Part shown: in pieces, positions 1-9,106 of the stretch
How positions within the stretch are numbered: the first letter of the stretch is position 1
How the letters are laid out: each line of letters starts with the position of its first letter
Assembly (NCBI GenBank): GCA_965250285.1
Contig: OZ252299.1
Coordinates: 4,320,001-4,384,000 of the forward strand
Length of the DNA stretch: 64,000 bases
Direction: 5' to 3'
Origin: Myxococcota bacterium
GTDB taxonomy: Bacteria; Myxococcota_A; UBA9160; UBA4427
The notes under the pieces: generated by a model
What the model was told of the DNA's origin: nothing
The model's database searches: none
What the model saw: the letters and a program-made list of their open reading frames with translations, nothing else
Translations under genes and position numbers: made by a program

Positions 1-1632
1 CGCGGCGTCGGGCTGCCCGAGCCGCACGGCCATGCGTGCACGCTGCAAGTGGGCGAACGCGCTCCGGGGATCGGACGCGAGCGCGCGGTCGATCTCGACG
101 CGCGCTTCGTCGATGCGGCCCATCTCGAGCAACGCTGTAGCGATCGTCGCCTGCACGAAGGCCGACGCGGGCATGCCGACCAGCGCGCGGCGCAGCGGCA
201 CGAGTGCGCGCTCGGGCTCGCCGGCCTGCATGCGCAGCTGGCCGAGTGCGACGTTCGCGTGGACATGATTCGGATAGATGTCGACGGCGCGCTCCAGCTG
301 CGCGACGGCCGCCGTATCGAAGCCGCCTTCGAGCAGACGCATGGCCTTGTAAAAGAGCGCCATGACGTCTCGGTCGTGCACGGCGAGCGCGTGATCGAAG
401 AGTGCATTCGAATCACGCCATGTCGACGCCTGCGCACGCGCTGCGGCCGCGGCCGGAACGAGCAACAGCGCCGCCAGCCCGCCCGCGACGACCGGACGCC
501 GGGGAACGGCCTCGAGCAGGCGCGCCGCCGTGAAGGCCAGAGCCACGAGCAGACCGATCATCGCGAGCTGCAGCTGTCGGTCGTGCATCATCCGAAGGCC
601 GATCGGAACGAGACCCGCAACCGGAACGATCATCACGAGGTACCAGAACCAGCCTGCGAGTGCGGGCCGAGCAGCAGCTCCAGCGCGTACGAGCCCCACG
701 GTGATCAGCGCGATCGCGACGAGCCCGAGGGTGACCTGCCACAACGGCACGGGCCCGAGCCCCATCTGGATCGTCGTCGGCGCCGTGAAGGCCAGATCGC
801 TCGGCCAGACGATCCGACCGATGCCCGTGAACACGTTCGCGACGACGATCCCGAACCGCTCGAAGAGACTCGGATCGGCGCCCCACGGACTCGTCACTTC
901 GGCATCGGCCACCAGCCGCGCAGCGAGGCCCACGATGCCGATCACGAGCAGCGGCGCCTTCTCGGCGAGCAGCAACGCCGGCGAAGCTTCGGGTCGATCG
1001 GCGAAGCGACCGATGCGCGTACCGGCAAAGCCGAGTCGACCGAGCGGCCACACGTCGAGCACGAGCAGGAGGAAGGGCACCGCGGCGAAGCGGCCTCCTG
1101 CAAGCACGCCGCCCATCGCGCAGAGCACGACGGCGGCAAAGCGCACGCGGCCAGGACGATCGACGTAGATGGCCCAGGTGCCGAGCAGCGCAGCAAAGAA
1201 GAAGTGCGCGAGCGCGTCAGCCCGACCAAAGGCCCACGCGACGCTCTCGGCGGCGATCGGGTGCACGGCGTACATCGCCGCCACGAACGCGCTCGGCCAG
1301 AAGGCACCGGTGAGCCTTGCGAGCGCGAAGAGCAGCAGCAGCGTCGTTCCGATGTGGAGGGCGAGATTGCCGAGCAGCACCGGCCCGGCGTCCGACAGTC
1401 CGTGCCACTCGTCGCCGGCCTGTAGGCTGATCCACGCGAGCGGCTGCCACGGCAGCCCGGGCTCGATCTCGAAGGCGCGGGTCACGTTGCCGTCGTTGAA
1501 ACCGCGCTGGACCAGCACGTTGTCGACGATCATCCGCTGATCGCCGTAGTCGACGTACTCGTGCAGATTGACCCCGCTGAAGATTCCGAAGGTCAGAACC
1601 GCGATCACGATGTAGACGGTGGCGGGGTGCAC
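1..1632 (-). CDS. TMTC-like GT-C membrane glycosyltransferase with C-terminal TPR repeats (3' end runs off window)
   Basis: Not in ORF track (no stop in window). Read manually at both ends and at internal segments: GTG at 1632, with an in-frame TAA 4 codons upstream. MHPATVYIVIAVLTFGIFSG..HEYVDYGD..WQPLAWIS..NLALH..MYAVHPIAAESVAWAFGRAD..GWFWYLVMIVP..MMHDRQL..TWRDSNALFDHAL, then TPR-like helices (ALGQLRMQAGEPERAL..RAL). The + ORF 49..1425 is its antisense shadow. Confidence 0.85.
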   Translation of the reverse strand, partial: MHPATVYIVIAVLTFGIFSGVNLHEYVDYGDQRMIVDNVLVQRGFNDGNVTRAFEIEPGLPWQPLAWISLQAGDEWHGLSDAGPVLLGNLALHIGTTLLLLFALARLTGAFWPSAFVAAMYAVHPIAAESVAWAFGRADALAHFFFAALLGTWAIYVDRPGRVRFAAVVLCAMGGVLAGGRFAAVPFLLLVLDVWPLGRLGFAGTRIGRFADRPEASPALLLAEKAPLLVIGIVGLAARLVADAEVTSPWGADPSLFERFGIVVANVFTGIGRIVWPSDLAFTAPTTIQMGLGPVPLWQVTLGLVAIALITVGLVRAGAAARPALAGWFWYLVMIVPVAGLVPIGLRMMHDRQLQLAMIGLLVALAFTAARLLEAVPRRPVVAGGLAALLLVPAAAAARAQASTWRDSNALFDHALAVHDRDVMALFYKAMRLLEGGFDTAAVAQLERAVDIYPNHVHANVALGQLRMQAGEPERALVPLRRALVGMPASAFVQATIATALLEMGRIDEARVEIDRALASDPRSAFAHLQRARMAVRLGQPDAA

Positions 1633-1763
1633 GGCGCGCGATTATGCAGCAGATCGCCGGCGCGAGGGGAACAACTTGCCGGCGACCACACGCGTGGCCG
1701 CCGGCAGAGCAGTGCAGATGCAGAACGCGGGCAAGCGAGCTGCGCTCGCAGCGCCCACCGTCG

Positions 1764-3470
1764 CTAGAGGCTCGTTCGCGTGAGCTCCACGTCGGCGCGC
1801 GCCCAGGCGTTCTCGAAGCCCTGCCGCGCCCACTCGGCCTCGGGCGCCTTGCCCTCCTGCTCGAGACCCTCGGCCAGGCCATAGAGCGCCCAGCCGTTTC
1901 TCGGATACTGCTCGAGATCGACGCGGTACACCTCGACCGCCCGGGCCGACTCGTCCATGTCGAGCAGCTGTGCGCCGAGCGCGAGGCGCGGCGAGGCGTA
2001 CCAGGGCGGCGGCTCCATGTACGCGAGGGCATCGTGCTGCGCGGCCGCGCTCTCGAGCGCGGCGACGGCCGCTGCATCGTCGCCCGCGAGGGCGGCGATC
2101 TCACCCGAGAGATGCGCCTCGGCGATGGCCAACAGCGACTGTGCGCTGGCCGTCCCGCCGGCGAGGATCAAGGCCTCGGCCTCGGGCCGCGCGCCCTGCC
2201 TCTTCAGTTCGGCGAGCGCGGCGTTGGCCTCGTCGGCGTTGCCCTTGCGCGCGTGCGCCAGGCCACGGGTGTAGCTCGAGATGCCGGCGAGGTAGACGTA
2301 GGCATCGTCCGGTACGGGCTCGCCAAGCACGGCGTCCCACTCGCCGAAGCGCGCGAGCGTCAGCATCGGTACGGCCGCGAACTCCTGCGTGAAGGGGGCT
2401 TCGTCGAGGCCGTCCCGCGTCGCGGCGGCGAGCTTGCGGGCCGTACTGATCGCGAGCTCGCTCTGACCCTCGGCGCTCGCGGCCGCCCATAGAAAGTGCA
2501 CGTTGTGGGGGTAGTAGGCCGCGCGGTAGAACGCGTCGGGGCCACACCACGAGAAATACTGCTCGTCGGCGGCGGCCGCGCGCTGATTGATCTCGGCGGC
2601 CTCTTCGTAGCGGCCGACCCGCCAGTAGATGTGCGAGGGCATGTGGACGAGGTGCCCCGAGTCGGGCGCGAGACCATTCAGACGATCCGCGGCCGGCTCG
2701 CCCCGCTCGGGAAAGAACTCTTCGACGGCGTGGATGTAGAGATGATTCGCGCCGACGTGATCGGGCTCGGCTTCGATCACCGCCTCGAGCACCGCGAGCA
2801 GCTCTTCGGTGTATGCCCTGGGCTCGCCGTCGTCGGTCCAGTAGTTCCAGGGGTAGAGATCCATCAGAGACTCGGCGAAGAGCGTCGCTGCGTCGACGTC
2901 GGCGGGGTCGGCGAGATGCACCTCACGCATCGCGTCGGCATACGCGAGGTCGAGGCCCGTACGCGACTCGGGGATCGTCTCGCTGTAGCGCATCGCGAGC
3001 GCCTCGATGTAGGCGCGTTCGCGCGGCGTCGCGTTGGCGGCGGCTTCGAGCGCGCGCTGCGACGCGGCCCAGGCCTGCGCCGCGGCTTCGGGCCCCATCG
3101 GCCGGTTGATGTTCGGGCCCAGGCCGATCGCGACGCCCCAGTGGCACATCGCACAGTCGGGATCGAGACGCAGCGCCTCTTCGAACGATCGAATCGCGGC
3201 TTCGTGGTTGAAGCCATAGAGCAGGATCAGGCCCTGGTCGAAGTACTGCTGGGCCTCTTCGGTGCTGGTCGTGATGGGGTGATTGGCCGCCGGGAGCCCT
3301 TCGAGCAGCTTCGGCCGACCGTGGGGGGCGGTCTCGGCGGTCGCCGGCTCTTCGGGTGCGGCGGGGCCACCGTCGTGGCCACACGCGACGAACGCGAGCG
3401 TCGCGATCGACGCCAGGAGAGTCAGGGTAGAAAGCAGCGGTCTGTGGATCCGGAGGGAGCGGCCGATCAT
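1764..3470 (-). CDS. TPR-containing lipoprotein with His-rich motifs
   Basis: ORF 1764..3560, start moved to ATG 3470 (GAGGAG RBS). Lipobox-like FVAC; AQQYFDQGL..YGFNHEAA; DPDCAMCHWG; NHLYIH, HLVHMPSHIY, YYPHNVHF; TPR-like helices. Confidence 0.85.
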   Translation of the reverse strand: MIGRSLRIHRPLLSTLTLLASIATLAFVACGHDGGPAAPEEPATAETAPHGRPKLLEGLPAANHPITTSTEEAQQYFDQGLILLYGFNHEAAIRSFEEALRLDPDCAMCHWGVAIGLGPNINRPMGPEAAAQAWAASQRALEAAANATPRERAYIEALAMRYSETIPESRTGLDLAYADAMREVHLADPADVDAATLFAESLMDLYPWNYWTDDGEPRAYTEELLAVLEAVIEAEPDHVGANHLYIHAVEEFFPERGEPAADRLNGLAPDSGHLVHMPSHIYWRVGRYEEAAEINQRAAAADEQYFSWCGPDAFYRAAYYPHNVHFLWAAASAEGQSELAISTARKLAAATRDGLDEAPFTQEFAAVPMLTLARFGEWDAVLGEPVPDDAYVYLAGISSYTRGLAHARKGNADEANAALAELKRQGARPEAEALILAGGTASAQSLLAIAEAHLSGEIAALAGDDAAAVAALESAAAQHDALAYMEPPPWYASPRLALGAQLLDMDESARAVEVYRVDLEQYPRNGWALYGLAEGLEQEGKAPEAEWARQGFENAWARADVELTRTSL

Positions 3471-3605
3471 GACGAACTCCTCTCGGCCGCGATGCGGGCG
3501 CGACCGGTCACGCGCGCATCCCGGCACGGCCCCTGCCATCCCGGAATGCGCGCTGCGCATCGAGCATGCCCGATGCGCAGCGCACCCGCGATGGGGGCAT
3601 CCCCC

Positions 3606-4481
3606 CTACATCGCCGGAATGCCTGCGGGATCGATCGGCAGGTTGCCCTTGCCGATGCGATCGGCGCGATCGGTGAGCGTCGCGTGCGCACCGTCGTGGC
3701 CGATCATGATCACGAACTGGCCGTCGCGGATGCCCTGGAGCGCCACCTGCGCGAGATCATCGAGATCCTGGAACTGGAGCTCCATGCCCGCGGCCTTCGC
3801 CGCCTGCTTGAAATCCTCGATGCTGGGAGCCGGCGCCGCTTCGGTTTCACGGGCGAGCTCAGCCGGGCGGTTTCGGGCCGTCGTCCAGATGCCCGTCTCG
3901 AGCAGGCCGCCCGAGGGATAGAAGATCGACGCGCCGAGCTTGGTGCCCTCGCTCTCGAGCTGGGCGGCGAGACACTCGGTCAGACAAGAGACCGCGGCCT
4001 TGCTCGAGGCGTAGACCGACTGGTACGGCAGCGGCGAGATGCCGCCGTCGCCCGACGACGTATTGATCACCCAGCCCTCTTCGCCCGATTCGATCATGCG
4101 GGGCACGAACGCGATCACCCCGTGCATCACGCCATTCACGTTGACGCCGTGCACCCAGCGCCAGTCGTTCGGGGTCGTCTCCCAGACGTTCGAGTTCGGC
4201 GCGGCAACGCCGGCGTTGTTGAAGAGCAGATGGCATGCGCCCTCGTTCGAGAACACGTCGTCGGCGAGGCTCTCGAGCGACTCGGGCTTCGAGACGTCGA
4301 CGACGACGCCGCGCACCTCACCCTCCCCCTTGAGCTCGTCGACCGCCGCTTCGAGCGCCGACTGCTCGACGTCGCCGATCACCACGCGCGATCCCTCGCG
4401 GAGCAGCGCGCGCACGAGCGCCTTGCCGATGCCCGAAGCGCCGCCCGTCACCACTGCCACCTTGCCGCTGAAGTCGTCCAT
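3606..4481 (-). CDS. SDR family oxidoreductase
   Basis: TGGASGIG, NNAG, YASSK motifs. Confidence 0.95.
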   Translation of the reverse strand: MDDFSGKVAVVTGGASGIGKALVRALLREGSRVVIGDVEQSALEAAVDELKGEGEVRGVVVDVSKPESLESLADDVFSNEGACHLLFNNAGVAAPNSNVWETTPNDWRWVHGVNVNGVMHGVIAFVPRMIESGEEGWVINTSSGDGGISPLPYQSVYASSKAAVSCLTECLAAQLESEGTKLGASIFYPSGGLLETGIWTTARNRPAELARETEAAPAPSIEDFKQAAKAAGMELQFQDLDDLAQVALQGIRDGQFVIMIGHDGAHATLTDRADRIGKGNLPIDPAGIPAM

Positions 4482-4678
4482 TGCGTGTCTCCGTCATTCG
4501 CGGCGCACCGAGCGTGCATCGCGGGTCGAAATGGAGGCAGGCGCGAAGCCCGCCGAGACCCATGAGTCAATCGAATGGACCGAAGGGTTTCAACTTCGCG
4601 GCGCAGGCACCACTCGGATGAAGGTGTCGACCCGGCGCCGGGGCGATCGGGCGACGCGCCATCGGCTTCGCCGGGCAG

Positions 4679-5677
4679 CTACTGCGGGCCCGCGACCGAG
4701 ATCACGACCTTGCCGAGCGCATCCCCCGAGGCCACGCGCTCGATCGCGGCGGGCGTCTCTGCGAACGAGAAGACGCGATCGACGGGCACGCGCAATCGGC
4801 CGTCGCCGTGCATCTCGAGCAGGCGCGCGTGCGCATCGAGGCGGAACACGCGGTCGTAGCCCGAGGGCATCACGCCGAGCACCGAGTAGTTTCGCTGAAC
4901 GAGATGCGCCGCGCGCGGCTCGCCCCAGCGGCCGCTCGCGTAGCCCACGACGAGCAATCGGCCCTCGTGGGCGATGCAGCGGGTGGCCGACCGGAACGCG
5001 TCCCCGCCGACCGTGTCGTAGACGACGGCCGCGCCGGTGCCACCCGTGATCTTTCGGACGGCCTCTTCGACGTTCTCCGCCGACCGATCGATGACCGCTT
5101 CGGCACCGAGGGCCCGGCAGTAGTCGACGCGCGCGGCGCCGGCGGCCGTCGCGATCACCCGGGCGCCCAGCGCGGCACCCAGCGAGATCGCCGCCGAGCC
5201 CGTCCCGCCCGCACCCCCGAGCACGAGCAGCCACTCACCCGCTTCGATCCGAGCGCGCCGAACGAGCCCGACCCAGGCCGTGTGCGTGGGGATCGCGATC
5301 GCCGCGGCCTCGGGCCCGGCGAGCGAATCGGGCGCGGGCAACGCGAAGTCGTCGTAGAGCAGACACTCGTCGGCGAAGCCCCCGCTCCCGGTGATGAACG
5401 CCGTGACACCGAGCACGCGCGCACCGAGCTCACTGACGGCGCCTTCACCGGTCGCGACCACCTCGCCGACGACCTCCTGGCCGGGCGTGAAGGGGCGCGG
5501 CGGCGTCAGCGCGTAGGCGCCTCCGCCGCGACACATGAAGGCGTCGGGCAGGCCGACACCCGCGTGCGAGACGCGCACGCGGAGCAGGCCGGGGCCCGGG
5601 TCGGGCACCGCGACGCCGGTGGCGAGCTCGAGGGCCTCGGACGGCGCGCCTTCGCGCACGACTTGCCAGGCTCTCAA
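4679..5677 (-). CDS. NADPH:quinone oxidoreductase (MDR/zeta-crystallin family)
   Basis: PFTPGQE, GGAGGTGSAA, YDTVGG, GKVVI. Likely TTG start at 5677 after a GGAGG RBS (ORF extends to 5704). Confidence 0.9.
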   Translation of the reverse strand: MRAWQVVREGAPSEALELATGVAVPDPGPGLLRVRVSHAGVGLPDAFMCRGGGAYALTPPRPFTPGQEVVGEVVATGEGAVSELGARVLGVTAFITGSGGFADECLLYDDFALPAPDSLAGPEAAAIAIPTHTAWVGLVRRARIEAGEWLLVLGGAGGTGSAAISLGAALGARVIATAAGAARVDYCRALGAEAVIDRSAENVEEAVRKITGGTGAAVVYDTVGGDAFRSATRCIAHEGRLLVVGYASGRWGEPRAAHLVQRNYSVLGVMPSGYDRVFRLDAHARLLEMHGDGRLRVPVDRVFSFAETPAAIERVASGDALGKVVISVAGPQ

Positions 5678-5711
5678 GCCCCGCCTCCGATCGTCGCAGC
5701 CCACGCCCAGC

Positions 5712-6482
5712 TCAACGCGGTACCAGCCCGCCGTCGATCCCGAACGTGGCGCCCGTGACGAAGCTCGAGGCGTCGCTCGCGAGGTAGAGGGCGAGCGGCG
5801 CGACCTCGTCGGGCTCGGCCGCGCGCTTGAGGAGCGCTGCCGCCTTCATCGCCTCCTGCGCCTCGGGCGGGTTGTTTCGCACCATGTCGGTATCGATCGT
5901 GCCTGGCGCGATGCCGTTCACGCGCACGCCCCGCAGCGCGAGCTCGGCGGCTTGCGAGCGCGTGTGTGCGAGCAGCGCGGCCTTGGCACCTGCATAGAGC
6001 GAGATGTAGGGCGAGAAGAGAAAGGCGCCGGCACTCGCGACGTTGATGACCGACCCATGGCCCCCCGCCTCGAGATGCGGGAGCGCGTACTGCGTGAGAA
6101 ACACGGGCCCGCGCAGGTTCACGTCGATCGACTTCTGGAACGCCTCGGGTGTGAGCTGGCCGAATGGCTGAGCAAGCGGGTTCGCCGCGTTGTTCACCAA
6201 CACGTCGAGCCGGCCGAATGCTTCGACGGTGCCTTCGACGAGTCGCTCGAGATCATCGAGCTCGCCCATGTGGACGGCGATCGCCTTGGCTTCACCGCCG
6301 GCTCCACGAATGTCGGCGGCCACCGTCTCGCATGCATCGAGCTTTCGGCTCGCGACCACGACCCGAGCGCCAGCGAGGGCAAAGGTCTCGGCAATCGAAC
6401 GGCCAATGCCGCGGCTACCGCCGGTCACGATGGCCACGCGGCCTTCGAGAGAGAACGTCGCGTCGAATCGCGCTCGGTCCAA
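5712..6482 (-). CDS. SDR family oxidoreductase (DHRS4/FabG-like)
   Basis: TGGSRGIG, NNAA, YAGAK, RVNGIAPG, DGG. Confidence 0.95.
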   Translation of the reverse strand: MDRARFDATFSLEGRVAIVTGGSRGIGRSIAETFALAGARVVVASRKLDACETVAADIRGAGGEAKAIAVHMGELDDLERLVEGTVEAFGRLDVLVNNAANPLAQPFGQLTPEAFQKSIDVNLRGPVFLTQYALPHLEAGGHGSVINVASAGAFLFSPYISLYAGAKAALLAHTRSQAAELALRGVRVNGIAPGTIDTDMVRNNPPEAQEAMKAAALLKRAAEPDEVAPLALYLASDASSFVTGATFGIDGGLVPR

Positions 6483-7011
6483 GCTTCATCATCCTTTCGG
6501 TCGATCGAGGGGCGACCGGCAACTCGTGTGCAGCTCGCTCGCCTCGTGCACGCCAAACTCGCGCTGTGCGTCGTTGCGCGTGGAGCATCATCCCCTCAGG
6601 CGCAGAATCTGGACAACGTACGAAACGGAGCCGTCGAATATGTCGACGAAACCCCACTGCGTTCGCCTGTTCACCGCACTCCCAGCGAAGCGGGATGGTA
6701 TCCGAGTCGTCCTCGCGCGCAGACCGAACTTCGAGGGCCTGAGCAGCATCGCACCCAGGAGTGAGATGTGACGCTCGCCCCGGCATCGAGTAATCTCCGA
6801 ACATCCGTTCGGCGCATTCGTCGGGGCCAAGGCAACACATCTCCGGCGGCGTTCGCGTATGGCACTGCATCCCAAGCGGATCCGATCCCGCCCAAGTGCG
6901 TAACCAGAGAGACGAACGAGCAAGACGCACCGCACGACGAAGACAGCGACGAAGAAACCGAACCAGAGGCAGCCCGTCCCGAGGTCACAGAGTCAAAGAG
7001 GCAATGAGCCG

Positions 7012-7734
7012 ATGTCCTCCCCGCACGACGTCAGCGATGTTCGCGAAGTGACCCATCCGCTCCCCACCGAGGGTGCGTCGGATCCGACACGCGATCGCAG
7101 CTCGGGGTCGGCCGAGACGCGCGAGCGACTCCTCGACGCCGCAGAGCGATTGTTTGCCGATCGCGGCTTCGAAGGCACGTCGATGCGCGCGATCACCCAG
7201 GCCGCGGGCACGAGCGTGTCGGCGGCGAACTACCACTTCGGTTCGAAGGAGAAGCTCCTTCACGAGACGATCCGACGCGCGACCGAGCCGGTCAACGATC
7301 GACGTCTCGAGCTACTCGATGAGGCCGAAGCCGGCTCGGGCGGCGCACCGCTCTCGCTCGAGACGATCCTCGACGCATATCTGCGCCCCGTCATCGAGTA
7401 CCGGCAGCAGGGCATGACCGAAGAAGGACGACAGATCAGCGCGCGTCTGTTCAGCGACCCGCCCGAGCTGATCCAGTCGATCAAGATCGAGATCTTCGGC
7501 CCGATGAGTCGCCGATTCATGTAAGCGCTCGGTCGCACGCTCTCGGATCGACGCGCCGTCGACGTCGAGTACGGATATCAGTTTCTGATCGCGGTCATGG
7601 TGTACGTGATCAGTGGTCAGCTCGAATCGAGCAGCCTCGCCGCGATGCAGCCCGAGGGCATCGACGACGATAAGCTGCTCGCACGGATGATCGAGTTCGC
7701 AGCCGCCGGGCTCCGCGCCCTCCCGACGGCCTGA
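7012..7734 (+). pseudogene. TetR/AcrR family regulator interrupted by an in-frame TAA (7522-7524)
   Basis: HTH (TRERLLDAAERLFADRGFEGTSMRAIT..ANYHFGSKE). After the TAA the same frame continues ALGRTLSDRRAVDVEYGYQFLIAVMVYV..KLLARMIEFAAAGLRALPTA to TGA 7732-7734, a typical TetR C-terminus. Confidence 0.8.
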
Positions 7735-7758
7735 CACAACACGGGAAGTACCATCCCG

Positions 7759-9033
7759 ATGAAGCCCGCCTGGCGCCGCGTCGTCGCACCGATTGCGATC
7801 CTGATTCTGGGTGTATGTATCGTCATCGTCGTCTTTGCGACGAAGCCGACGGTCACGCCCCGCCCCGCCGACATTCCCCGACCCTTGATTCGGACCGTCA
7901 CGGTCGAGCCCCAGCGCGTGCAGTTCGTCGTCGAGGCGAGCGGTACGGTCGCACCGACCACCGCCGGCGATCTGGTGCCCCAGGTCTCGGGCGAGGTCGT
8001 TTGGGTCTCGCCCGCCTTCGTCTCGGGCGGGTTCTTCGAGAAGGGTGAGCCGCTGCTGCGGATCGATCGCGCCGACTACGAGGTCGCCCTCGAATCGGCC
8101 CGCGCGAACGTCGCCGCAGCCGAGAGCGAGTTCGCTCGCACGAAGAAGGAGCTCGAGCGCCAGCGCCGCCTCGCGGATCGATCGGTCGCGAGCGAAGCGC
8201 GCATCGATGACGCCGAGAACGCCTACCGGGTCGCGCGCGCCCGGCTGCGCGAGGCGCGAAGCGAGCTTCAGCGCGCCGAACGCGACATCGAGCGCACGGA
8301 GATCCTGGCTCCCTACGACGGCCGCGTGCGCAGCGAAGCCGTCGACGTCGGCCAGTTCGTCAGTCGCGGGACGATGGTCGCTCGGCTCTATGCGGTCGAC
8401 TTCGCCGAGGTTCGGCTGCCGCTGCCCGACCGCGAGCTCGCCTACCTCGACCTCGCCCTCGACTACCGCGAGCGAAGCGAGATCGCGCTCGAGCCCGGCG
8501 AAAGCGAGCTGGTCATCGAGCAGGTCGAGCCGATGCTCGTCATCGAAGACCCCGCGGTGATCCTCGAGGCCGAGTTCGCCGGCGCCCTGCACGAATGGGA
8601 GGGCCGCATCGTGCGCACCGAGGGCGAGATCGACCCGAAGAGTCGGATGGTGCACGTCGTCGCCCGGGTCGCCGACCCATATGGCCGCTCGAGCGATGTG
8701 GCACGCCCGCCGCTCGCCGTCGGCCTCTTCGTCGACGCCGAGATCATGGGCCGAGTCGTCGACGACGCGTACGTGGTCCCCCGCGCCGCCCTGCGAGCGT
8801 GGGAGGGCTCGGACATCGATCAAGTGCTCGTCGTCGACGCCGAGTCTCGGCTGCGCTTCCGAGCGGTCGAAATTCTCCGCACTGAACGCGACCGTGTGAT
8901 CATCGGCGCAGGGCTCGAGCCCGGCGAACGCGTCTGCATCTCACCGATTCGCGCCGTCACCGACGGCATGTTCGTCGAGGTCGCGGACGCAGTGCCGGTC
9001 GGCGCCACGAGCGCCGTGGGAGCGGGATCGTGA
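7759..9033 (+). CDS. RND efflux periplasmic adaptor (membrane fusion protein)
   Basis: N-terminal TM, PQVSGEV lipoyl-like motif, coiled hairpin, IlAPYDG, GLFVDAEI. Confidence 0.95.
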   Translation: MKPAWRRVVAPIAILILGVCIVIVVFATKPTVTPRPADIPRPLIRTVTVEPQRVQFVVEASGTVAPTTAGDLVPQVSGEVVWVSPAFVSGGFFEKGEPLLRIDRADYEVALESARANVAAAESEFARTKKELERQRRLADRSVASEARIDDAENAYRVARARLREARSELQRAERDIERTEILAPYDGRVRSEAVDVGQFVSRGTMVARLYAVDFAEVRLPLPDRELAYLDLALDYRERSEIALEPGESELVIEQVEPMLVIEDPAVILEAEFAGALHEWEGRIVRTEGEIDPKSRMVHVVARVADPYGRSSDVARPPLAVGLFVDAEIMGRVVDDAYVVPRAALRAWEGSDIDQVLVVDAESRLRFRAVEILRTERDRVIIGAGLEPGERVCISPIRAVTDGMFVEVADAVPVGATSAVGAGS

Positions 9034-9106
9034 GGCGCCTCGCGCAGAGCCGCGCATCGCGGTGCGTGGGTGCGCCGCTCTGCGGGTCGCGTGAAGGAGC
9101 GCGGTC

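Noticed and set aside
6860..6876. Possible sigma-54 site TGGCAC upstream of tetR-RND
   Set aside because: No GC at the -12 position (TGGCACTGCATCCCA).
7522..7524. Programmed recoding (Sec/Pyl or alternative genetic code) at the TetR internal stop
   Set aside because: The codon is TAA, not TGA/TAG; no other gene here needs read-through.
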